Below, in pieces: positions 19,976 to 31,151 of a stretch of 64,000 nt of DNA. The translations under genes and the position numbers were made by a program. How positions within the stretch are numbered: the first letter of the stretch is position 1; each line of letters begins with the position of its first letter. The notes beneath the pieces were generated by a model, which did not search any database, was not told the DNA's origin, and saw only the letters and a list, made by a program, of their open reading frames with translations. The DNA comes from Heteronotia binoei (lineage: Eukaryota): positions 35,030,001 through 35,094,000 of the forward strand of contig NC_083233.1 of assembly GCF_032191835.1 (NCBI RefSeq), in the 5' to 3' direction.

Positions 19976-20495
19976 TAGGCTTCCCAATCCCCAGGTCCCA
20001 GCGGGGGATCCCCCGGTTTTACAGCCTTCCCCCCTCCCCCAGCCAGCTGGCTGGCGGGGGAAGCCCCACCCCCACAGCCATTATGCACCTCCAGGAACGA
20101 TTCCCATAGGGAATGATGGGGAATTGATCTGCGGGTATTGGGGGCTCTGGGGGGGGCTGTTTTTTGAGGTAGAGGCGCCAAATTTTCAGTATAGCATCTA
20201 GTGCCTCTCCCCAAAATACCTCCCAAGTTTCAAAAGGATTGGGTCAGGGGGTCCAATTTTATGAGCCCCAAAAGAAGGTGCCCTTATCCTTCATTATTTT
20301 CTATGGAAGGAAGGCATTTTAAAAGGTGTGCTGTCTCTTTCAATGTGATGGCCAGAACTCCCTTGGGAGTTCAATTATGCTTGTCACACCCTTGCTCCTG
20401 GCCCCACCCCCATGTCTCCTGGCCCCACCCCCAAAGTCTCCTGGCCCCACCCCCAAAGTCCCCAGATATTTCTTGAATTGGACTTGGCAACCCTA
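19976..20495. mobile_element. TAGGGTTGCCA-ended non-autonomous DNA transposon (8-bp TSD, hAT-like)
   Basis: taggcttcccaa...ttggcaacccta ends; perfect TSD ttaacacc. Confidence 0.82.
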
Positions 20496-20502
20496 TTAAC
20501 AC

Positions 20503-20686
20503 CAGGACTTTTTTGAGCAGGAACACACAGATACACAGTTCTGGCTGGCTTGGTGTCAGGAGGTGTGGCCTAATATGCAAATCTTTCCAGATTGGCTTTT
20601 TCTTCATGCCCTGTATGAGACAATCAGGGGGTGTGGCCTGATATGTAAATTAATTCTTACTGGGCTTTTTCTCCAAAAAAGCCCTG
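20503..20686. mobile_element. hAT-type MITE, family B (reverse orientation)
   Basis: TIRs; flanked by ttaacac on both sides. Confidence 0.8.
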
Positions 20687-21237
20687 TTTAACACTATTTG
20701 GCTTGGGGGGGGGGGTTGAGAGGTGTGTGTGTGTGTGTGTTTGGCTTGTTTTTGTCAGTTATTTTGATGGTTTTGGTTCTGACTGATCTTCAACTTTGAG
20801 ATAAATAGGAATATTTAGTTATTCTCTGGACGCTTTAACAGATTTTGCATGCATAAACAATGCAATCATGTGAACCAGAATTAAATCAATATGGGAAAGT
20901 AAAGAGCTACCTCCATGTAGGGGAAAATGTGCAAACTGCACATCATTATTTCACCAAATACAGACTCCAGAAAGCAACGCCCCTCATGGGTACATGCCAT
21001 GAAGCAAATGCATTCAATGATCATGCTTTTCCAGACACAGAAGTCCTTTTCAGTGGAGGTAAATTAGTATCCTTTCAAAGGGGCAACGCACTGTGTAATC
21101 TTTGACTGTGCAAATTCCTAAATCCATCTCCTTATTTTTCCCTGAGAGGAAACCTAGTTCCCAGTAAAAAGAAGCGACATGTGAACAAGAGGTCTTTTGA
21201 ATCCAAAATGGGCAGAAAATGAAATTGTTATGGCTCA

Positions 21238-21248
21238 ATGACTCAGCA
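21238..21248 (+). promoter_or_regulatory. ARE/MARE plus AP-1 motif ATGACTCAGCA upstream of the reeler gene
   Basis: Perfect NFE2/NRF2/BACH-type consensus about 100 nt before the ATG at 21349. Confidence 0.4.
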
Positions 21249-21348
21249 GGGCCCTCCCTTTAATTTTAAAGATTTTTTTCCCAAGTCTCAGATAGTTCGT
21301 TATTGAGATCAAGGAGAGCAGGCATAACAGCTCCTTTTCTCCTTGGCT

Positions 21349-24300
21349 ATGGCTCACTGGAATTTCTCCCTTCTCTTTGGCTCCGCAGTCCTTTGGGCTA
21401 TGCTGATTCCATGCCGTGCCTTCCCAACAGGAGCTCCTGCCTCAGCCTGTGAGAACATGTTACCTGTGCACACTGGGGTCCAGCCCCAACCAACTCGGGC
21501 TCCCTATGAATTTCTGTTGAGCTCACCGTCTTTCCTAAACGGGCAACCAATTAACAGTAAGTACCTCTTTCTAACTTTTGTTGAAATAATTCGCTTCAAA
21601 GCTATAATATTGGGGCGATCAAGTGAGATTACTTTTATCCTCCCTAATCTTTGGTTATGCTAGTAATTGAGGATATTTCCTTAATAGTCACAAAGGGTTG
21701 GGAAATGTTTTTGACCTGGCATTTGATAGCTGCTGGCTACTAGGGAGAGTTGCCAGCTCTGAGTTGTGAAATTGCTGGAGATTTGGGAGGTGGAGCCTGG
21801 GGTGTGCAGAGTTTGGGGAAGGACAGACCTCAGTGGGCTGTAATTGCATAGTGTTCACATTCCAAGTAGCCTTTTCCTCCAGGGGAACTCACCCATTTTA
21901 CCTGGAGACTGGTTGTAATTCCAAGAGATCTCCTGCCACCACCTGGAGACTGGCAACCCTACTATTAGTTTGGAACCTTGAAGGGGAGATGGCTGAAAAG
22001 GATCAGTAAAGTAAAAAAAAATGCAATCTTTAAAAAGAGAACAACCCCATGTAAGACTGAGGCTGGCTAGGACCCTTGGGGGAAAAGACAAAACGCCAGC
22101 ATGGATAGGGTGAAGTAGACCTCCATTGAGAGGGAGTTCCAGAGTTGTGCAGGCTCTGAAAAGAAGACTCGGTCTTCTGCAATGCATGTCCACATAGAGC
22201 AGGTCCTCTAAGATGATATAACCTTTTTTCACTCAGATTCACCCAGTTTCCCTCCTTACTGTGCCTCATGGACTTTTTTGTCCACGCAAAGCCTGTAATC
22301 TTCAAAACAGCCTTTTTTGTGGTCAAAGTGATCTTTTCAGCAGCAGGTAATTATATCTAGCCCTGATTTCAGTGCCAAAGTCTATATAGAAGGAGGTGAA
22401 GTAAGGTAGTCTGAATTTGGCACTGGTGACCAAGCTGTCTTTCCGGAATTGGGTACTACAATTAATCCAGAGGATCATAGTTTCCTATGAAACTATGAAA
22501 GAGCACCCAGACCTGGTTTACACATGCAAGAGAATGAAATGGCAGGACATGAAATGGTGGAACAACATACTAAAAATGTTGGGCAGCTAAAATAGATTTT
22601 GCCATGTTGGCCTACAGGGAATGGGGATGGATTCTAGCTCTGAATGTCCCTTGAAAGAAAGAGAACTAGCGCTGCTAGATGCAAGGTCTTCTCTCGTGGT
22701 TGGCTGCACTGGTTCTACATTTACAGGGAGTCTTTAAACGTCATGGAACATTATAAAATGTGATTATCTGTTATTTGAAATGGCATGATCCATTCCACCA
22801 CCCTGAGTCTCCACTACCTCATTGCTCCTGTTATGTTTGACAAAACCGAGTATTTGTTCCATGTGATTATTGGCTTGCAGCCGATCAGAGTTTCCTGTAG
22901 GTGGTAGGGTCTCTGACCATGTATTGCAGCTTTCCCATTTTCCCTTTTCCTGCTGCAGCCTGAAATGCCCCCTTTAAATGCTGGCAACCCCCACTCCCTT
23001 GTCCATGCAGATGTGTGTGACAGGATCCAACCCCCTGTTCTCTCTCCAGTTCAGATCCTTGGCCCTGCCTACAAAGGACTGTTATTAGAGGCTCGCTCCT
23101 TTGGCTCCAACGCTGCCCTGGGCATTTGGAAAACTCCACCTAACAACACAAAATTCTTGCAGGTAAGAGACACAAATCCATTCCTCTTTTCTAGCCCAGA
23201 AGTCCTGGAAGTTGAGCAGAAAGCCTAAAGATTGAACTGTACAATTCTTAAATAATGGATTCAGTTTGGTATTAAGTGGTTCTACCACCCACACTTTCCT
23301 TAAAAATTATAATTCTATAATCTGGCTCTTACATGACACCCCCCCCCAGTATCTTCCCAACTTCTGACTAGGTCACACCTGCTTCGTTTCAGTAAATTGG
23401 CTGTATCTAATGTTTTTTAGAGTATTTGCTGGTCCCAAGGAGGGAAATTTCTTACCAGTACTGTCTTCTTTTAGCAGGCTTGAAGCAGAGGAGGAGGGAG
23501 AGTGTACTATTTCAACCATTTGCTTACTGGTGGTCTGCATTGGCTTATTCCAAATTACATACACTCAGGGCTTTTTTGGTAGAAAAACCCAGCGAGAACT
23601 CATTTGCATATTAGGCCATACCCTCTGACATCACCATTGTTTTGCATAAGGTTTTTTTGCAAAAAAAGCCTAGCAGGAACTCATGTGCATATTAGGCCAT
23701 ACCCCCTGACACCAAGCCAGCCAGAACTGCGTTCCTGTACATTCCTGCTCAAAAAAAGCCCTGCATGCGCCTTGCTGGGTTCCCTAATGCTGTGCAAATG
23801 CGACTGGACCCCCACAGCCATGGTCTAGCAAATTGGCTGATGATGGTAATGTGTTTAGACCAAAGGGCTGTACTAAAACTATTTTGCAAACCATTTGTAA
23901 TTTTATTTAGTGGAAAATGTAATGCTATTATATTGCCATGATATTTGAAGGGACCAACTGGCAGAAGAGACCAAGAGCCCTGTAACTACTGTTCCCAAAT
24001 CTTTGCAGAAACCATATAAATATTACTGGAGGCTGGGACCGTGGGTCTGGGATCATAAGAGCTGCTTAGAGATACAACCAAACAGCTTGAGTATGCTCAG
24101 TGGGATTTTTGATTAGCAGCCTCCCAGTTCCTGTTGTACAACATGTATTTGGAAGCCCTTCCCAGGGGCAAAGCACTTGGCCATGGAACATGATGGGAGG
24201 CTGTTCAGTATGCACAAATTCTTGGGCACATAGAACAGGCTGTTCTACGGATACTGACAGGGTCACTGAGAGCAGGAGAATGGGTAGACAAGATTGTGGG

Positions 24301-27077
24301 GAGCTTAATCACTCAGGGGGCCTGTGCAGCATAGGAAGTCATGTTTTGCTTGGGTCCAAGTGGTGGAGGAGATAAATCTTTAACTGGGGAGGACCCCGAG
24401 GTTCTCAGCAGCCTCTGGTTGCCAACCAATGCTATTATAAACTCATTACTATACTTCAATGATGTGCCAGTCTTTTGAGGAACAGTCACAAGCTGACCTT
24501 TCTTTTAAACAACAAGAACTAGAAGTTGATGCTTCAGCTTTAAGAAAGCCGGAAGATCCATGGACAAAATGTGTAATGCTAGGGGTCTGCAATCAGACTC
24601 TCCCATGCATAATTTAGGAGCATAAAGCAGCTGTAGGGTGATAGAGGAATGGGGCCTGCAGGGGTTAGGCTGCAGCAACACCAGGGAAAGGGGTTGAACT
24701 AGAGTTGCCAATCTCCAGGTAGTGGATTGAGATCTCCCACTATTACAACTGATCTCCAGGTGAGAGAGCTCAGATCACCTGGAGACAATGGCTGCTTTGG
24801 GAGATGGACTCTATGGCATTATACCCCATTGAAATCCCTCCTCTCCCCAAACCCCACTCTCTTCAGGCTGCATCCCCAAAATCTCCAGATTATTTCCTAA
24901 AACAGCCCTGGCAACTCTAGGTTTAACTCTGCCATTCACCATGTTGTTTCCCCAGTGGAAAATACCTTCTCCGAGTTGCTTTGATTCCCAATAGAGAGAA
25001 AAAGGCAAATAAACATATTGGGCCTGTCTTATTTCTGTCATAACACCAGAGAAGGGGCATTTTCAGTCAAGAATACCCCCTTTCCCCAGCACTGAATCCA
25101 TGTCAATCTCCTCCATGGCTTTTTGTGACATATCTGGGATATCGGGTCACATAATGACACTGTCATGTGCAGAATAGCCTTTAGGATGAGAAAAAGTTGT
25201 ACAGCCACAGTTGTACAGATTATGTAAATAGCTTTCTCCCCTTTTGCAGTGCTCTGGAAATCCACATGGAGCTGTGACTCACTCCAACACTAATTTAAAA
25301 ACAAGGCAGACTACGTATACATGGCTCCCGCCTAACTCTGGCTGCCCCCCAGTGGTTATGTTCATGTAAGTTTCATGAATTCTTTTTAAAAATGATGCCT
25401 TCCTTTAAATGTATTTTAGTTCCATTCCTTGTAGAAACAGAAAGTTCTTTAAATGGGCATAAGGGCTGCCAAGAAACCAACACAAGCTTCTTTCTTACTG
25501 TTCACGGTAATTTTATTCTTCCAGGATGCAAAGGATGTTTTTTTAAAAAAAAAAGTAGAAAAAATTTTCAGAGACTGAATCCTCCCCCATGCACATAAGA
25601 AGTGCCCTGCTGGATCAGACCAGTGGTGCCTCTCATCCAGCATTGTTTGACAAAGAGGCCACAGACAGGACATAGAACCCAAGGCCTTCCCTGGTGCTGC
25701 CTCTTAGCACAAATATAAAGAAGAGAATAATAATAAGAAACTGGATTTATACCCCACCCTTCACTACCTGAAGGAGTCTCAGAGCAGCTTACAATATCCT
25801 TTCCCTTCCCCTCCCCTTTCCCCACAACAGACACCCTTTGAAATAGGTGGAGCTGAGAGAGCTCTGACAGAAACTGCTGTTGAGAGGAAAAGCTCTGTGA
25901 GAACTTGCGACTGACTCAAGGTCTACTGCCTCTGAATGCAGAGGTTCCCTTTAGTCATCATGGCTGGAATGTTGATGGATCTCTGCTGCATGAATCTCTC
26001 TCATCCCTTTTTAAAGCTGCCTATGCTTGTGATCACCATTATGCAGTGCATTTCACAATTACTTGTCAAGTGACAGAGTACTTCCTTTTTTCTATCCTGA
26101 ATATATTGTCCCATCAACTTAATTGGGTGTACCTGAGTTCTTAAGTAAAAGGGAGTTTTCTCCATCCATTTTTCTGCACCCCATGTATAATTATGTAAAT
26201 TTCTATCATGGCAGATTGCAAAGGTCTATTTTTAAATGTATATTAGAAATCTTGTCTCTCTGCCTCCCCCCCCCCTTTATTTTTTAAATCAGAGCAACGG
26301 TTGCCCAATCTCGTGAAATCTACTGGACCAATGTCAAGTCTAAAGTGATCTGGAAAAGTGAGTAATTCTCTAAAGTGCTATTTTGAAATAAGGCCCTGCT
26401 TTCAAGGTAACTAACGGCTTCCACTAAAATAGCATATTATGCATGGAAAGAATACATTGTATTTGGGAGAGCAAGACAGCACTGCATTTATCATTACAGA
26501 TCTGATCCCTCTACTTGGAATCAAAAGAATGGTTTCCTGTTTATCTAGCAACTAACTCTTGGCATTTCTGATACAGTGCATGGCTTTCCAATGGTACAAA
26601 AAGTATGCACAAAGTAAATAAATTAACAAAATGTCATTCCTGAGCTGTTTGGAGAAAGAACAGGATAAAAATGAGATAAAGTCCAAGAAAATTGTTACAG
26701 CTCATTAAATTGTTACAGATCACTAATTTGGCCCTCCGAGTACAAAGGAGATATATATTTGACAATGGTTAGGAAGGATATCACCTGGCTACATTGTCTC
26801 TGTCCATCTGGTTAGTCTTGGAAATAAGAGTGTAGTGGACTGAATGACCCTTGGTCTAATCCAGAAAGACAATTCTTAATGTCCTTGAGTAAAATAAAAA
26901 CTGAACCTCTGGTTTTATATTGTTTCAACTTTAGCCCAGAGTAGAAAAATCTTAATCTAATTTTCTTTCTATACTACAGATCCCAAAGCTACTTGTGGAG
27001 CCCAGATGCTAACCAGAACATGGCCTGCTGCAGCACTGTTATCATCTATGCTACTCATTTTGCTTGTATACCTTTAG
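21349..27077 (+). CDS. Single reeler-domain protein (putative defense protein / FRRS1 N-terminal-like), 199 aa, with signal peptide and GPI-type tail. Exons 21349-21556, 23050-23162, 25250-25365, 26293-26357, 26980-27077
   Basis: 600-nt spliced ORF with four GT-AG introns in compatible phases: MAHWNFSLLFGSAVLWAMLIPCRA|FPTGAPASACENMLPVHTGVQPQPTRAPYEFLL...KGLLLEARSFGSNAALGIW...CSGNPHGAVTHSNTNLK...YTWLPP...ATVAQSREIYW...NPKATCGAQMLTRTWPAAALLSSMLLILLVYL*. The motifs FPxGAPxxAC, GxLLEAR, C...AVTHSN and ATVxxxxxxYW are reeler hallmarks. AATAAA at 27359. Confidence 0.9.
21745..21961. mobile_element. TAGGGTTGCCA-family MITE
   Basis: TIRs; TSD ctactagg/ctattagt. Confidence 0.75.
23566..23763. mobile_element. 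hAT-type MITE, family B, in reeler gene intron 2
   Basis: TIRs and family-typical internal repeats; TSD degraded. Confidence 0.8.
24700..24919. mobile_element. TAGGGTTGCCA-family MITE
   Basis: TIRs; TSD ggttgaac/ggtttaac. Confidence 0.8.
25723..25925 (-). mobile_element. Squam3-like SINE 3' part
   Basis: Reverse complement of the 37653 SINE body and tail. Confidence 0.65.
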
Positions 27078-28979
27078 AGACCCTTACAAAAATGACTACT
27101 TGGTAGTTGTGAATGAATGGAAACAGAATAATAATTTTTGTCCAAATATTGAAGAAAATCCTCTTTTCAGCTCTTCCCTAAGAAAAGAATGGTGTTCCAA
27201 CAAGCCTCTTCAAATAGAATTTATGTTTCTTATAATATAGGGCAACTAGCCCCTAGAATTCTAGCCCCTAGAATGGGAGAAGTGAAAATAGGACATTTCG
27301 TATTTAATGAAAATATGATTCCATTGCTAGGATAAACACTATAGATTTTCAGTGTACAAATAAACCCTATCACATTGTTTCCACATCATCTGGTTTGGCG
27401 TAGAACTTTTCAGATTTATTGTGGGCAGTGAAACTACTGGATAAATGTCACTTAGTGTAGCTTAATTACCCAGATCTGGCAATGTTATCTCGAGTAAATG
27501 AACCATTAATAATCAGGACTAGGGATGGGCACGAACCAAGCCATAAACCGCGTGGAAGAACATGCCTTCTGCAAACCCTCCCTGAACTCCATGGAAGTTC
27601 ATGAGCTTTGGGGAGGGTTCATACAGATTACTCCAAAGGCATTTAAATGCTTCCAGAGCTTACTTCTAGGTCAGAGCTCACTCCCAACAGGCCAAATTAT
27701 GAACCAGGGGAACTGGTTCATAAAATGAAGGAGTTCATTGGAGGTTCAAGGTTTGTGAAAACTCTGAACCACAAACCTCCGTTTTCCTGGCCTATGCTTA
27801 ATCAGGACTATAATTAAGTCTGCCCTTACAGGAAAGAATATTTGAGCACACCATGAAGTAGGTATGAAATGTTAACACACCTGATGCAAATATTAGCATA
27901 ATATTGCATGAAGAGGAATTCTTCAGAAATTATAACCAGTACGTTGGATTAGGATTTGGAAGAGGAAATGGGGATGCCCAAGCAGAAGACTACCAGTCTC
28001 CTCTTTAGCCAGATGAATAAAAGCATGGCCTCCCCCCTATATAGCTTGGGACCAAAGTATCTGAGGAACTGCTTGCTCTTCTATATATAGCCTGGACACT
28101 GATGTCATCTTTACAGGCTATTGTTTTGCATTCAGAAGTAAGGTGTGCAGACATAAAGACAAGGCCTTCTCAGCAGTGGCACCCCAACTGTTTCCATCCT
28201 GTCAATTCGCATCAGTGTTTACTGCCTATCATAGTATTTCAGGAGGGTAGCCACATCAGTCTGTACAAGCAGAACAAAATTCAAGTCAGTAACACTTTAA
28301 AGGTCAACAAAATCTTTCAGGGTACAAACTTCTGTGAGTCACTTTGTCAGACATACTCTCATCTGTATCTGATGAAGTCAGCTTTGACTCACAAAAGTTT
28401 ATCCCCTGGAAAATATCATTGGCCTTTAATGTGCTACGTGTATTTTGCCTGCCAGAGATGAGCTAAGACTTTTTAAAAAATCCCAGATCATGTGTCTCCC
28501 ACTCTCCCATGTTTAATGGTTCATTAAATTTAATCAATTGGAATGAAATTGATACTAAATTAATTATATGTATTTGCTAATTTGAAATTAATTGGATTTT
28601 GTTCGTACTGATTGACTTATTAATTGGCTGCTGGGAGGGTTTTAGTAATTGATTTAATGGGTTAGTATTTATTCATTCTGTTTAACTGTTGAGAATTTTT
28701 AGACACTAAATTAATGATTGAACTGCTGATTAATTAGATTTAATTTATTAATTTATTACAGTACTAAATTAAGAGGGAGAAATTAGCATTGGGTAGGGTG
28801 TTATATTAATTTAGTGGGTAGACATAAATTGGGAATCCAATCAGACTTAGTGGGAAATAGGAAAAACGAAACTAGTGCAATATTATATTACCAAATTGGA
28901 GTATACCAGGTATTGAACGATTGGTTTAATAGTGTGGTTACTAAGTGCTCCATCTTGATTCGTCTGAAGCTCCTACGAA

Positions 28980-31020
28980 GGCCACTAATGTGAGATGACT
29001 GAGCTGGGGATCCCGGTGTTCCTGGGGAGGGGAAAGTATAGTGGTGGGAACAGGCATTTATGTAAGGGAAGGAGGCCAAGATCCATGAATGCTCGACCTC
29101 CTTCCAGCCTGCATCCCATCCCAACAGTTGCAAGCAGTGGGTCCAAGTTAAAGCATCCGCCTCTGTCATTGGTGCTGTGCCTATTAATAATAAGACCTCT
29201 GTCCTGTGAGAATACCTGCAGGAGCAGAATATAGACCTGGCTTGTGTGACTGAGACCTGGGTGCGAGAGGGGGAGACAGTTGCTCTCTCCCAAGTAGCTC
29301 CTCCTGGGTTCTCAGTCCTCCACCAATCACGGACCAGCGGATGTGGGGGGGAGTTGCGCTGTTCATTCGGAAGGATTACTCCTTCTGGGCACTTCCGGCC
29401 CCAAAGATCACCGGTGTTGAATGTGCCGGCATGTTGGTTGAGGCGCAAGAGAGTTTGGCTATTTGGCTGGTGTACCGACCGCCCTCTGCACCAGCCAATG
29501 CCCTGCCAATCCTTGTGGAGGCTATAGCAGGCTGGGTGTTGCAGCACCCTAGACTTCTGGTCCTGGGAGACTTCAATGTCCATGCCGATGATGTGGGCTC
29601 CACATTGGTGTTGGACCTGGTGTCATCCATGGCAGTGCTAGGACTCTCAAAATATGTAACAACTCCCACCCATCAAGCTGGTCACATCCTGGATTTGATC
29701 TTTGCGGCAGGAATGACAGTGGACCGAATTACTGCAGATGCAGTGCCGTAGTCAGACCACTACTCCCTGAAGGCTCATCTGAATGCCCCGCTCCAACCCT
29801 GCTTGGGCGGTAAGCATTATTTTTGCTCGCCCACAGAGCCAAATGGATCCTATGCAGTTTCAGATGGCTCTTTGGGATCCTTGGTCCCCTGGCGATTCCC
29901 TAGATGAGCTAGTGGAGACCTGGCAAAACAGGCTCACCACAGCCATCAATGAAATCACTCCCAGGCTCCCTCTGTGCCCCCAAAGTTGGTGCCCTGGTAT
30001 ACACGGGGGCTACGGCAAATGAAACGGAGGCTCAGACAACTAGAGGCAGTGGCGACAAGCCCGCGACGAAGTGACAAGCAGCTTATAGGATATTTATGAG
30101 AACCTATAAGATGGCGGTCAAGGCCGCTAAGAAAGTATACTTTACAGCCATGATCGCGTCTGCGAACTCGCGCCCAGCACAATTATTTAGAACAGTTCGG
30201 TCTCTAACTACCCTACTGATGGGTATACCAAATGCTAGGGAATTCGATAACAGTGAGGCCTTTTCGAGCTTCTTCGCAAATAAAGTCCTGTCACTCTGCT
30301 ATGACCTCCCAGTCACTTTAGAAACAGTAACAGAACTCGAGGCTCCGAGCACATCTTCTAGTCCAGTTTTGGATTTTTTCACTCCACTCAGCCTGGAGGA
30401 AGTTGACAGAATACTCTCTACTGTACACCCAACTACCTGTAGGCTGGACCCGTGCCCCTCTTGGCTAATAAAAACTGGCTGTGAGGGGCTACGAGCTCCC
30501 CTAAGGGAAATTGTCAACCAGTCCCTTCTTGAGGGAATCTTTCCCCGGCCTCTTAAGGAGGCAAACTGGCAAACTACCAGCCGGTGTCCAACTTGTCGTT
30601 TTTAGGCAAGATTATTAAAAGGGCTGTGGCAGTGCAGCTTCAGAGTTTTCTGGATGACGCTTCTGTGCTAAACCCACATCAATCCGGTTTTCGTCCAGGT
30701 CATGGGGCAGAGACAGTACTGGTCGCCTTCACAGATGACCTCCAGAGACACCTGGATAGAGGTGGCTCGGCGGTGCTGATGTTATTAGACCTGTCAGCAG
30801 TGTTCAACACAGTTGATCATCAGTTACTTACCTGTCGCCTCACCGGCGCTGGAATCCAGGGGTTAGCCTTGCAGTGGCTTTCCTCCTTTCTCCAGGGTTG
30901 AGGACAGAGGGTGGCACTAGGGGAAGAACTATCCCGGCAACACCCACTTATTTGTGGCCTTGGCGGGGAAGGCAGGATATAAATTAAATAAATAAAAATA
31001 ATAAAATAAAATAAATAAAA
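28980..31020 (+). mobile_element. L2-clade LINE, degenerate ORF2 (AP endonuclease plus 5' half of RT), internally deleted, with (AAAT)n tail
   Basis: GGVAL...VYRPP...LGDFNVH...THQAGHILDLIF (endonuclease); QSGFRPGHGAETVL...LLDLSAVFNTVDHQLL (RT); stops and frameshifts; tail at 30962-31020. Confidence 0.88.
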
Positions 31021-31151
31021 TTCCTTGGGATCTAAGACATTTATGCCCTCTTTCCCCATTCTCAAGTCTATACTCAATATGAGGTACACTTTGTCAAATA
31101 CATATTTATTCATATTAGGTTGGTTCTGGTAGAATTTATCATGCCGTGGGT

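Noticed and set aside
28888-30901. 231-, 136-, 169- and 105-aa ORFs as host genes
   Set aside because: They are broken L2 ORF2 pieces or their antisense frames.
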